A program made the position numbers and the translations under genes. The notes under the pieces were generated by a model. It was not told the origin of the DNA. It worked only from the letters and a program-made list of their open reading frames with translations, and did not search any database. A DNA stretch of 63,690 nucleotides, the filler included, from Lenisia limosa (lineage: Eukaryota; Protista; Breviatea), in the NCBI GenBank assembly GCA_001655205.1. It is 19 parts of 19 records of this genome, joined end to end, with 100 filler letters (N's around TTAATTAATTAA, not from the genome) between each part and the next. Parts side by side here need not be neighbours in the genome. Positions count along the whole stretch, not along the records: positions 8,526 to 18,029 come from LPNZ01004919.1; positions 18,130 to 19,370 come from LPNZ01003022.1; positions 19,471 to 25,314 come from LPNZ01005609.1; 16 more parts are not named here. One strand, 5' to 3'. Shown here one piece after another: positions 11,501 through 23,308 of the stretch; the first letter of the stretch is position 1, and each line of letters begins with the position of its first letter.

Positions 11501-14500
11501 AGGGAAGCCGTTTGCTAATAATGTACAGTGAGGGATAAGTCTTGACCGATTTTCTTTGGGAAATCAAATAACAAATTGGTCAAGACTTATCCTGGTCACG
11601 GTATGTATTTTAATAATATGTCCCTTCGACCCTCTTTTTCTAGAGCTTCTCTGTATTATCTTGCTCATTACCATCGTCACGCTGTAGCCGCGGAGACGCT
11701 TCAACCTGCCCCGATAACTCAGCCATGAGCTGCACCAGCAATATGAGACAGATGTGCTCGGGTTGCCAGCACACTGGCGTTATCCCCACCCATAGCCAGC
11801 CGTGAGAGGGGGATCCATTATTATATCTAGGGCTTGGCTTCGGTTTGAAAAAAGACTGAATTTCCCGAAAAATCTTCGAAAACTATCAATAATTAACCGG
11901 TATTTTTCGAACCGAAGGAAAGCCCTAATTATATCAATTATTTCAATAAGTCATTTACTGCACTTTGGGGGAGTCTTTTGCTGTTATCACTTCCCTATCA
12001 TTGTTTCCATAAGTAGTCTGATATGATAGAAATTGCCTTATTTGGACAAATGATGGTTGAGAAATTGCCTTATTTGGATAATATACCTTGGAGGCATCGG
12101 TGAGATCGGAGCTGCTACCCTTGACAAGAACGGTGCGCTTGCGTCTGAGAAGTCAGCAATGTTGTTTATGGTTTAAGCTGCGGAGTAGGTGGTAATATTT
12201 ATGATGTACTAATATAATAATGGGGTTTCTTGTTCTCAAAACAACTGGTTTGTTTTGTACGATTCCCCCCTGGATCAGAAAATTCGGAAAATAACAACAA
12301 ATTCATCAAATCATTCAATATTATTATCATCCAAATAATAATATACAAAAAAAAAAAAGATTTTCCAAAAATATCTTCAAATAACCAACCGGTCAGTTCT
12401 GCTCTGTGCTGCTTCTTGGGCAAAGACCTGGGAATTGGCTTGGTTAACCGAGGCGAGAAGCTCCTCTTCGGATAGGTCGGAGACAGGGGGTATGTAGCCG
12501 ACAGTGGGGGTGCTCGGAATACGGCCTAAATACCCAGTTCAGTTCAGTCCAGCTCATTTCATTTCAAAATCGCAACCTCTCAAAATTGAAAGCAATTGAA
12601 TACCCCCCTCACCTGAGAGAATGGACGGCGCGTACGGGACGGCAGGGCAAATATCGCCCAACTAAATATGTCAAAAAATGTCGATACCGGAAGTATTTGN
12701 NNNNNNNNNNNNNNNNNNNNNNNNNNNNNNNNNNNNNNNNNNNNNNNNNNNNNNNNNNNNNNNNNNNNNNNNNNNNNNNNNNNNNNNNNNNNNNNNNNNN
12801 NNNNNNNNNNNNNNNNNNNNNNNNNNNNNNNNNNNNNNNNNNNNNNNNNNNNNNNNNNNNNNNNNNNNNNNNNNNNNNNNNNNNNNNNNNNNNNNNNNNN
12901 NNNNNNNNNNNNNNNNNNNNNNNNNNNNNNNNNNNNNNNNNNNNNNNNNNNNNNNNNNNNNNNNNNNNNNNNNGATAACAAATCAAACAAAGCCCAGGTC
13001 AGCCATCACTCCAGGGTATGGAGTGATGGGTTGGGTGATGATGAAAAATAAGATTATGGGGGTATTTTTGGCCACCATTACACAGCAAAAATGCCAAAAA
13101 CACAAAAGCAACATCAAAGGCTTAAACTCAACCCCCAGTAATATACTATGTATATAAAATAAAAAACCCACCCGTACCCCCCTGTTGCCCACCCGGAATG
13201 TTGTGTCCCTCGCAGATGGCAAGGGTTTCGGTAACGGGTGTGTTGACAAGTTTAATGAAGGGAAGAACCTGCGTTGAAGTTATGTCGAAAGAGATTTGTC
13301 GATATAACAAGTATGATAGAAAATATATCTATATATCATATGTAGATACTACTTTATGGTAGCATTTTTTGCAAGGTGGTAAGATTCAAGAGTTTTGATC
13401 GATGAAGATAAATCGAGGGATTTGCCTTGAATTTATTCAAGAGTTTTGCTCAGTGGCTGCTACCTTACCGCTCACTATCATTGCCTAAGTTGAACCCTCC
13501 AACCTAGGCATCCAATGCTTACTCAAATTTATTCCTCCTTGTCATGCATATGCATGCCGATATATAGTACGATATTATATGTATGATATCCTGTATAGGT
13601 AATACCCCCCACGAGTCCAGGCTCATGTACGGCTGCCAGTTCGATGTACTTCATGTGATACTCTTCGGGAAGTTGCTTCTATATATGGTAAAGTGCTTCT
13701 TTTATGGTAATAAGCCTATATGATGATAAATGAAGATATATATTATATCATATGGTAATGGAGGTATTTTCGGTCAACATTTCAGAATTACGTAAATTCA
13801 CACAATATCTTTGAAAAACAAACAAGAGATAGTAAACAAACAAATACATAAGGTAAAAATAAAAAACACGTTAAACATGTAAAAACAAGTAAACAGTTCA
13901 AACGAAGCCTACATTTTCCTCGCCAGTTGATGCGGCGATGTGGCAAGCTTTGAAGAAGGACAGCAGTGTGGTAGGGTGGGCCGTGAGGGAGGATACAACC
14001 TGATGGTGGTGGTGATGATTGTGATGATAATGATGGTGATGATGATGATGTTGTTTCACAAATTTCCAAATCTACCCCCTTCTCCTACCTGATCTAAAGA
14101 CGTGCCCAAAACAGTCCTCACTAAACTGACAGTCTACAGGGTGAGAAAACAGAGGGACATTTTGTTCTAGTAATACTATGGAATGCTGACATATTCACAA
14201 TAACTGATGGATGTGGGTTTCCCAAAAATTACATTACTTTGTGTTTAGGAATTCCTTACGGTCCGAAAAAGATCATTAAAATATCGAATTTATCGAGAAA
14301 AGTCTTGTTAGGGACCGTAGGGAAGCCCTATTTAATCAAATGTTTAACTTGAGCAAACAAATTTCATGGGATTCCCATATGGGAATTCCAACGTTTTCAC
14401 AAGAATCCCAAGTCGATGCGCTGTAGTGTTATGCACGCCTACCTGGCTTGGGTTGATACTAACCAGCTTCTCAAGATGCATAAGAACAGCGCGTGAAATC

Positions 14501-17500
14501 TGAAGAGGTCAGTCAGAGCTCGAAATGGTACATATCAAAACATGTTTCTGATGCCCTAAGTTGTTGGTACCCTCACCTGTGCTCTCATGTTGGATATATC
14601 CTCAGGAGTGGTGGTTTCGGGGGTAAGGTGGGGAGGATGGGGGACCTGAAATAAGTAAGAGGAGGCTGTTATGGCCACATTGAAGCATCTTGCTCTCCAA
14701 AAAGACCAGTAAAATATCAATATTTATTAGGGTTCCGTGCAATTAGTTGAAAAATAAATTGCTGAATTTGATGTAAGACCTATTATCATGGGAACTACAT
14801 TTGACACTTTTAATTTCAACTTTGGTAATTGCTTCAAAACATTAATTGCACGGAGCCCTCCAATTTATCAAGAATTTGAGTGTAGGAAATCCCAAAAATC
14901 CTGATCAAACAAGCCAACATTTGCCAGGGCAGAGATAAAGGTAAACACTCTGTTGTCATTGTTGGATGGGACATTGAGATGAGCGGTCAACGCTGAAGGG
15001 GGANNNNNNNNNNNNNNNNNNNNNNNNNNNNNNNNNNNNNNNNNNNNNNNNNNNNNNNNNNNNNNNNNNNNNNNNNNNNNNNNNNNNNNNNNNNNNNNNN
15101 NNNNNNNNNNNNNNNNNNNNNNNNNNNNTTGATAACAACAAACCAAACAAATCCTAGCCCCTTTTTCTTCCTTTTTTTTTCGAAAAAAAACAAAACAAAA
15201 AATTTATGCTCTACATCTCCGCCCACCTTCAGCATAGTTCCCATTGAGCGAATGGAGGGATTCGAGGGCCTTGAAGAATCCGGCCTTATTTGCCAGGTCT
15301 AAGAGGGTGTCGTTGCTGGCGGGGGGCGGGGGCGGAGTAACATTGGAAAATTTATGAAACAAAATCCCAAAATCAACTCTNNNNNNNNNNNNNNNNNNNN
15401 NNNNNNNNNNNNNNNNNNNNNNNNNNNNNNNNNNNNNNNNNNNNNNNNNNNNNNNNNNNNNNNNNNNNNNNNNNNNNNNNNNNNNNNNNNNNNNNNNNNN
15501 NNNNNNNNNNNNNNNNNNNNNNNNNNNGCCGTTTGACGGGTTCCTCTTTTCCGTTGTTAATGTCTTGGTTGAACTGAAGTGTCAGCGGAGGGGACTAGGT
15601 GGGGGGAGCAAAATTGGAAAAATTATGAAACAAAAAAAAACCCTGTTGACGCTCCCACATTATAGACATAATAGACATTGGAGACAGTATTGACATTATA
15701 ATGTACATTAGAGACATTAGAGACATACGAGACATTATCGACATTATCGACAAATAGACATTATCGACATTATCGACAAATAGACATTATAGACAAATAG
15801 ACATTATAGACAAATAGACAGTATAGACAAATAGACATTATAGACAAAGAGACATTATAGACAAATAGACATTATAGACAAATACATTAGATATATATAT
15901 ATATTATAGCAATGAGAAAATAATAATAAGGATGTATCTGGCAGAAGCCGTCCACACCATCACGCCCCTGCATATAACCCAGGTAGGCCCTCTTAAATCC
16001 GTCGTATGCCACAGATTCAGGAGGCGCCAGTAAAACCATTATTAGGTACGATATATACCCCCCACATTAGCCATCCTATATGCCCCCCCCACATTAGCCA
16101 TCCTAGTGAGAAGGGGAAGAACGTCACCACTCCATGATCCGTCAACATAGTGTTCACTCGTCTGAATGTCCAGAAGGGTGCGCTGGGGGGTGGGGGTGGT
16201 AAAATTGGAAATTTATGAAACAAAAAAAAAACAAAAATCAACTCTGTTCGCTGACAACACAACACACAAAGGTTGATAANNNNNNNNNNNNNNNNNNNNN
16301 NNNNNNNNNNNNNNNNNNNNNNNNNNNNNNNNNNNNNNNNNNNNNNNNNNNNNNNNNNNNNNNNNNNNNNNNNNNNNNNNNNNNNNNNNNNNNNNAAATG
16401 ATAAAAAGAGTCTGAATCGTTTCAGTAGGAAATAGTTGATTTAGTCAATCAAAGTGACGGTACTTTTGAACGTCTGTCTATAAATGGTCCAAATAGAAGG
16501 ATGACGCAATTTACCTGAGAATTACCTACCAATTTTGGCTCAATTTTGATCTCGTCTGCGGTTTGAAGAAGCGCGTCAATGCAGTGCTAATTGGTCAAAG
16601 TTTATTGTTTTGCAGTAAAGTCTCTATTGAAACTTGGATCATAGAGTCCAACAGTTGAACTGAACAAAGAAAAACCCACAGAAAACGAAGTTGACCGATA
16701 CTCCGCAATAATATAGAGTGGCCGCATACCAATATATCCTTAGGTCCCAAAGGGTTGCTTCGCTCCCATGGGCCATTATTTACCAGCAAATAATATGGTG
16801 TTGTGTACGTGCCCACTCTATGTTATTCTCCGAAGCACCATATGTCACATCCTACGGAATATTCACTATGCATGCGTAACTGTTGAATATGTGTTGTTAT
16901 TGATACAGCATAAAAATAAGTCTTTATCCTTTCAGTTTGATGTCCATATTATATTATATAGTACATATAATAATCATATGATAACTATCACATCATTAAT
17001 ATCTCCTTGTACTACAGATGTAATTTTGCACAAGAAGATTCAAAAACACCAATATTCAATTTCAAATTTTTTGAAACGCAAACGGCTTTCCACCATCATT
17101 TGGGTTAACCGTACCCCCAGTGGTTATGAACGATGGTTACCACTATCTCAGGTAAAATTACGACTCCCTGCAATTAATTTTTGAGGAAATTAATTGACAC
17201 AATTTGCAAATAAAGTGTCTGAAATGAAGTTCCCAAGACAATACGTCTCCCGTCAAATTCGGCAATTAATTCAATTAATTGCACGGAGCTCAAAATTATG
17301 TAATATATTCATATCATACCTGGCAGTTCACCTCGGCGTGGTACACAATTGCCGAGTTCAGGCCCCCAATCAGCGCCACTATAGCAGACTCGGGATCACA
17401 GGAGATCTGAGGGGGGGGGGGGNNNNNNNNNNNNNNNNNNNNNNNNNNNNNNNNNNNNNNNNNNNNNNNNNNNNNNNNNNNNNNNNNNNNNATCACAATC

Positions 17501-17811
17501 ACAAACCGAACAATCTATAAAAATGACAATTTTGATAAACAAAAAAGCCCAGTGGGCTAAAAGGTTGAAAACCACACAGAAAAAAAAGGGGGAGAGGGGC
17601 GAAGAATGAAAACTTTATGTAAGACAATGATGAATCAACTCCGTGGGTTAAAAAATCGAAATAAATAGTACACACGTCTAGTAGATTTAGAACTCGACTT
17701 CCTGTGACAACTTTCGGAATCTACTGTCAGGTTTCAAATGAATCTCAAGTTAACAAGCCGCTTACCAGGGCAGCGAGGTGACCGTACGTTGCGTTAGATG
17801 GAGATGGCGGC
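8526..17811 (-). CDS. One or more multi-exon helical (ARM/HEAT-like?) hypothetical proteins, partial
   Basis: Many AG/GT-bounded minus exons, e.g. ISCDPESAIVALIGGLNSAIVYHAEVNCQ (~17330-17416), HCIDALLQTADEIKIEPKL, NDTLLDLANKAGFFKALESLHSLNGNYAE, ISRAVLMHLEKLVSINPSQ, AIQDRISDVTLQENYSFEALNDEQ, AVNRIVEGSRGEDLSTHRWMFRTMLETAR and YESAVRESAGRLESAGTFDAAARLT. Family not recognised. Confidence 0.5.
9268..9520 (-). repeat. Family D block (two tandem copies) at an intron 3' end
   Basis: GGATGCGGTGCTGCTGAAGCGACTGGCTGGGCTTTGTTT..TCAACCCTCGTGTG..TTTGTTTCATACATAAATTTTCCAAT..CACAG. Confidence 0.75.
10156..10256. mobile_element. Family A hAT-type MITE
   Basis: TAGGGCTTCA..TGAAGCCCTA; flanks gctgtagc/ggcgtagc. 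Confidence 0.85.
11524..11603. mobile_element. Family B Tc1/mariner-like hairpin MITE
   Basis: TA-CAGTG..GATAAGTCTTGACCGATTTT..AAATTGGTCAAGACTTATCC..CACGG-TA. Confidence 0.82.
11828..11927. mobile_element. Family A hAT-type MITE (100 bp)
   Basis: TIRs with a perfect 8-bp TSD, ATTATATC. Confidence 0.92.
14728..14860. mobile_element. Family E MITE (TIR TAGGGTTCCGTGCAATTA..TAATTGCACGGAGCCCT) inserted in a family A relic
   Basis: ~20 bp TIR; flanks atatttat/caatttat. Related copies at ~17165-17291, ~33181 and ~63160-63240. Confidence 0.75.
15662..15888. repeat. Intronic minisatellite, ~17-bp unit AGACATTAT(A/C)GACAAAT
   Basis: Tandem repeat read directly. Confidence 0.9.
16183..16278 (-). repeat. 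Family D block at an intron 3' end
   Basis: TCAACCTTTGTGTG..GTTGTCAGCGAACAGAGTTGATTTTTG..TTTGTTTCATAAATTTCCAATTTTACCACCCCC..CCAG. Similar blocks at ~7091, 8740, 12975, 15305, 15595, 35207 and 58901. Confidence 0.8.
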
Positions 17812-17876
17812 TGGGTTGTGAAGGAATATGAAATTTGTCCCTTAGTTAATTGTTACATCTATCATTCTAGTCAGTG

Positions 17877-17968
17877 TTGTAAGGCAAATGATTGGTTCAA
17901 TATCTCTTATAAGCGTGATGGTGTAGACGGCTTCGGCCAGATACATCCTGTTTATTTCGCATTGCTAT
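17877..17968 (+). repeat. Family C structured interspersed repeat (near-complete copy)
   Basis: TTGTAAGGCAAATGATTGG..CAATATCTCTTATAAGCGTGATGGTGTAGACGGCTTCGGCCAGATACATCCTGTTTATTTCGCATTGCTAT. Confidence 0.85.
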
Positions 17969-18129
17969 CCATTACCCCCTGATCATTAGTATGTACCAAC
18001 TAATAAGAAATATCATACAATTGTCATCTNNNNNNNNNNNNNNNNNNNNNNNNNNNNNNNNNNNNNNNNNNNNTTAATTAATTAANNNNNNNNNNNNNNN
18101 NNNNNNNNNNNNNNNNNNNNNNNNNNNNN

Positions 18130-18210
18130 GCACTAAGCCATGCGGACCTGGTGGCAGCTGCACAATCTATTAAACCGTCTGTCTCCAAAGAAGACCTTTA
18201 CGACTATGAG
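18130..18210 (+). CDS. C-terminal exon of an AAA+ ATPase, PEX6-like
   Basis: LSHADLVAAAQSIKPSVSKEDLYDYE followed by GT resembles the ..A...L.PSVS.EEL..Y tail of PEX6/CDC48-family ATPases. Single exon only. Confidence 0.55.
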
Positions 18211-19120
18211 GTGACTGGGTGCTTTAGATTCTAGTACCAGATGTGTGGCCCTATTACCCCATTTTCGATGGATCTCATATTTCAACTGTTCTCACTCGTA
18301 AGGAATTAGCCAAGAAGTGGTGCTGAACTACTTGTGCAGACGGCTTCAGATGTTAAGTCACAGAGATGAATATACCACCTTTGAGACGCTTTAAAAGAAA
18401 TCTAGTTACCACTCCGGTATTTCAGATGGACATGTGCTACAGTCTTCCTGGGGGGGGGGGGTTACAANNNNNNNNNNNNNNNNNNNNNNNNNNNNNNNNN
18501 NNNNNNNNNNNNNNNNNNNNNNNNNNNNNNNNNNNNNNNNNNNNNNNNNNNNNNNNNNNNNNNNNNNNNNNNNNNNNNNNNNNNNNNNNNNNNNNNNNNN
18601 NNNNNNNNNNNNNNNNNNNNNNNNNNNNNNNNNNNNNNNNNNNNNNNNNNNNNNNNNNNNNNNNNNNNNNNATAATATTATGTACACTACTACTATCATA
18701 CGAGACCCCCTCCAACCTGGCCAGGAGAAGAATCACAGGTGGTGCAGTCTGTCACGTCCTTGATTTTCATCTCTTTTACTCTAAAACAGTTAATTGTTTT
18801 AAAGATAAAAAACGGACTCACATTGGCTCTGTAACCTTCATTGTGGTATGGGGCTTGATATTTCGGATACCAAAAGCAGCTGAACCGGCCTGACTATTTC
18901 GCTACAAAGTGAGAAGGATCGTTAAACTCGGATGTTTATAAAAACGAAAACTTCTTTGAGATATAAAGAGTAAAACAAAAGGAGATCAACAATGCAAACC
19001 GGGATTAGCCCATGAGCTGCTTTCCCCTTAAACATCGGGTCATCTCCAAATATCTTATCAAAATCCGGTTCTGATGGTGAGAGTACTAAAAAGAACGAAG
19101 CAGTTGAAGAAAATGTGATG

Positions 19121-19370
19121 TCACATACTTGGTAAGCTGCTTTGTTCTTTTTGCGCCTCCTCTGGTTTCTTTTCGTCAGAATTCTCTTCCTCTTCCACCT
19201 CTTTTTCCACCTCTTCTTCCACATCATACTCAAACACTTCAATCTCTTCTTCAACTTCTTCATACCCAACCTCTTCTTCGACTTCCTCCCACTCTGACTC
19301 AACATCTTCCTCCACCAGTTCTATTGCCTCATAACAGCATTCTTCATCAACGTCCGACACTTCCCTGCCG
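19121..19370 (-). CDS. Glu/Val-rich acidic exon of an unknown protein
   Basis: SDVDEECCYEAIELVEEDVESEWEEVEEEVGYEEVEEEIEVFEYDVEEEVEKEVEEEE, truncated by a gap. Confidence 0.45.
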
Positions 19371-19517
19371 NNNNNNNNNNNNNNNNNNNNNNNNNNNNNN
19401 NNNNNNNNNNNNNNTTAATTAATTAANNNNNNNNNNNNNNNNNNNNNNNNNNNNNNNNNNNNNNNNNNNNGGGGAGGAGGGTGAAACGAAGTAATTTTCG
19501 ATTAATAATATTGGCGT

Positions 19518-20200
19518 AAAGCCATGAAGGAGGCCATTGAGCACCATGTTGACACAGGAAGATGCAGTGCGGGTGTGAGAGCCCAAGCCCTTTATACCCA
19601 CATTTTGACCGGCCCGTGGACTGCGTGGAGAGGGGTATAATATGGTATACTAATGGTGGTATAATTTAGGAAACATGTGGGTGAGCAATATTGTATCATA
19701 TATTTAGAAACCGGAGGGGTTTCTGAAATGCAACTATTATATTTCATCCTATTCTTCCCATTTTCAACTCATTTGTCTCTCAACTGACATTTCAGCCCTG
19801 AAGCGCCAGTAGTGGAGGTGGAAGAAACCGACCAGGGCGATTTTGTAGAGCTGAAGCAAGTTGTATAAAATCAAAATAGTTTTTATGTGTTCTGCGTGAG
19901 ACTTATTTTTTGACTGTTTCTTTCTGTACAGTAATTGATGGACCATTCTTATCATTTTTAAAGGTTCTAATGTACATCAGGAAAATAGAAATACCATATA
20001 AATCCATGCTGTAAGTGAAATGATGATAATGGGACTAGGGTCAAATATATCACATCACCAAATTCAAACTAATGTCCGGGAAAGGTACCATACCGCTTAC
20101 GTTGGAGGAAAAGCTCAGAAGTCCAAGGCGCAGCTATCTTCCAGCCATCGTGTTAATTTACGCTATGGAACTGATAGGATCAGCCTGGGATAGTAATTTT
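19518..20200 (+). CDS. Hypothetical multi-exon protein
   Basis: Segments AMKEAIEHHVDTGRCSAGVRAQALYTHILTGPW and PEAPVVEVEETDQGDFVELKQV. Confidence 0.3.
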
Positions 20201-20318
20201 CAAATTGAAGATGAGTATAACACTGGTACAAGCTGCTGTCCCTGCTCTCCCTCGCTCCCTCTCTTCCTCCTGCTCACTAAAGATCTAAAAAAAGATAATT
20301 ATAAAACCGTCAACTTGT

Positions 20319-22873
20319 GTGCCCAGCATGCTTGTCCCCTTCTCCGCCCTGCAGATGATCCTTCTACTGTTCCTCTCCTACACGGTAGTTTCTGAGAAGG
20401 TGCTTGAGGCGTTCGACGGACTCCATGTCGCTCAGTACGACGAGGCGCTTGGCCTGGGTGATAACCTAGTGTCCAATGGTGACTTTCAACAAGGTTGGTA
20501 TGATGGTGTCGGCATATTGCCTTTATGGAATGTTGGAATTTGGAGTTTAAGTTAAATATCGTGATTATATCGAAATCTAGAAATGCAGTTATTTGACTTA
20601 AATAAGCTCTTTGGGTGTTTTTAAAACTATGCTGGGGAGGCACACAGAAAGCTGTGTACACAGCGTTGTCAAACTAATTTTCTGGGTGTATTACTATTTA
20701 TCGTACTATAATCATTAGAACGATGTGAGGCTTCGCCCTACTACTTCCTATTTTGTTCTCATTCCTACATATTGTTAGAGTAAGGATTTTTATCCCCATG
20801 GGTTTCCATTTGTCCAATTTATTCCCCCTTACTTATCTCCAATGTATTCCCCTATTTCCAATTGAGTCTAGAGACGATGGGTACGGGTACTTTTCCGAAC
20901 ACTATTCAGAATCCGGACGCTTTCTTTTCCCAATAATTCAGTTTTTCACCTCTAATTTACTATTTTTTTATCTCTCTCACTGAAAGTGTAACGGGAATGT
21001 ACCCCACCAGAGACGATGGTGGGCCAAGATAAAAAATGAATATTCTACTATGCATCACCACTATTCACTATAACTATATAGGATTGAGGGGGTAGTGAGT
21101 CTCTGGTTCTACTTTCTCATCATTATGCCATAGTGTGATTGAGGAGGTTGCAAATCTCCATTTTCTACATTGAAGTATCAGCTTATGGTTTTACCTTTGG
21201 ATAAATCTCTTTCAGGAATGGCTATTTCTGAGTTTGTTATCTGTTTCAGGAATGACTAAATGGGATATTCCGAGTTCAAAGGAGTGCAGTGCCTCAATTG
21301 TGTCTGGAGCGAACTGCAAATCAGGTTGGTGTTTGGAATTGAGAGTGTCCTGGCTTCACTTTCGGTTCCAAAAGATATATATAGTATCGATATTTATCGG
21401 ATAGAAATTATAAAGCATACCAGGAAGAGCGGATTTAATGGCACAGCAATTAAAGGTTTTTAGAGTGGAAAGACGAATAATCTCATGGCAGTAAGGGTCA
21501 AAGTAATGGGTGTAAGAGCGGAGTGAACACATAGTATTTTTAGTTTAGTATAATAACGTTTAATCCTTGCAGGAAGTTGTGTCAAAATGTCCTGCCCCAC
21601 CAACACAGGTTATGTAGAGCTCAAACAAGGTTGGAGGGTAGGGTAGTTTTTACTCTAATGATATACCCTCAATCTTTGGTCTTTTTCAAAATATTATTGC
21701 TATCCATCTTCTTTTCATTTCATATCACAAAAACAACTAAGAAAGAAGTGAAGCCCTAATGATAAAATCGATATTGTGCCGGTCTTTTTAGGGTTGAAGT
21801 GAAGGCCAAGTCTCTCTCCTCTCACTCCCCAGTCATCTCTTCGTCTGTTGTCCCCGATGGAGAGTTTATTACATTCTTCGTATCTGCTGACACTCTCGTG
21901 GATGTGATTGATAAGGTGGTCGGGTGTGAAGGGTAGAGCTTCATTTCCGGTTCCAAAAAAGATTGAAATCTCGATAAATTTTCAATAAATATCGATAATT
22001 TATAGATCTTTTGGAACCGAAAGTGAAGCTCTAGTGAAGGGGTGAGTGCTATTCCTCTGTTCAAAGCTTCTGGTCTGGAGACATGGGGAAGCCTAATGGC
22101 GACTATGACAGAGAGATTGTTGGATTTCACCCAGTTTTCTTTTCGAGGTTGCAAGATACGTAGAAGGTTGTATTGTCAGTATTATTAATTTTCTTCAGGG
22201 TTCAGAACAATGATCATCAACCGTACCCTTATCATCATCATCTTAGTATTTTACATTTCCAGTCGCTTGATCCTTACTATCTCCGTGTTCGCCTAGCTAT
22301 TGACTTCGAGGACGGTTCGAGAGATTTGGACACTATGATCAAATTTGATCCTACCAAGTCTGGAATCAACAACTATTACGTAAGCATAGACGTCTCCCAG
22401 ACTATTGTTTCTCTTACTTATTACTAAAGCTCCCCTTATTTATTACTAAATCTTCACAGTCATTCCGTACGATGAAGAAGCCAAGTTCGATCACCGTTTG
22501 GGTCACTCTTGACAAGGCGCTCGGGTCTTACTACATTGACAATATCGTTCTCAGAATCGGTAGGTGAATGCTGCAGATATGGGTAATTATATACTAATAT
22601 AGCTACATATAATATAGGTATTATGAGGGCTGTAGATATAGGTATTATGATGATGAAAATGCTGCTTTTTTGTGTATTATGATGATAATAATGCTGCATT
22701 ATATGATCAAAGGGCAGGTATGGGTATCATGATGATGTAAATGCTATTTTTATGGGTATTATACTGACGTACTGCTTAAGGTTCGGTCAAAAGAGCCGGC
22801 CCATTGCAGGAGCATTACACCGTCAGTCTCCGTGGGCCCGGGTGTTCTTGTGGCTTGCCGTGTTAACTACAAC
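20319..22873 (+). CDS. Putative secreted protein with a CBM4/9-like (galactose-binding fold) domain
   Basis: Hydrophobic N-terminal segment MILLLFLSYTVVS, then GDNLVSNGDFQQG, CPTNTGYVELKQ, YYLRVRLAIDFEDGS and ITVWVTLDKALGSYYIDNIVLRI. NLV.NGDF and YIDNI.L are typical of CBM_4_9-like modules. Confidence 0.5.
21934..22033. mobile_element. Family A subfamily (TAGAGCTTCA..TGAAGCTCTA) hAT-type MITE
   Basis: Perfect 8-bp TSD GTGAAGGG at 21926-21933 and 22034-22041. Confidence 0.92.
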
Positions 22874-23308
22874 ACTTATTCGTTATTGGGCAGATAGTGT
22901 GGATATCATGTGATTGAGGCAAGGATTACGTTCTATAATTAATATAATGTGATGTAATGTTATATCATGTAATTGTATACGTTGTTTGAGATATTTCACG
23001 CCAGCACTACTGTCTTCTCGTAGTAGGCACATAAGTTGTGTAGGGAAAGAGGTAGAACTTACTTCGGTTTTCTATGATATATCGATATTTATTGTGAATT
23101 TATCGGGAATTCAGTCATTTTAAAGAACCAAATCACTATTCACCTCTACCAAGTGAAACACTAGATAGAGGTGGATAGTGAAACACTAGATAGAGGTAAA
23201 TAGTGATTTGGTCTAATAATATATATACTGAGCTTCCATAACTTCATTTGCGACATACACCCTCATTCCTTTCTCATTTATTGCATACTAGCAATAGACG
23301 CCCACTTA

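Noticed and set aside
15662-15888. CRISPR-like appearance of the tandem arrays (also 56953 and 59691)
   Set aside because: No unique spacers, no cas genes and a eukaryotic intronic context; these are minisatellites.
17877-17968. Family C as a hammerhead ribozyme (GUA after stem, GATAC resembling GAAAC)
   Set aside because: The required CUGAUGA and GAAA core is not present (GTGATGG and GATA instead) and the spacing does not fit.
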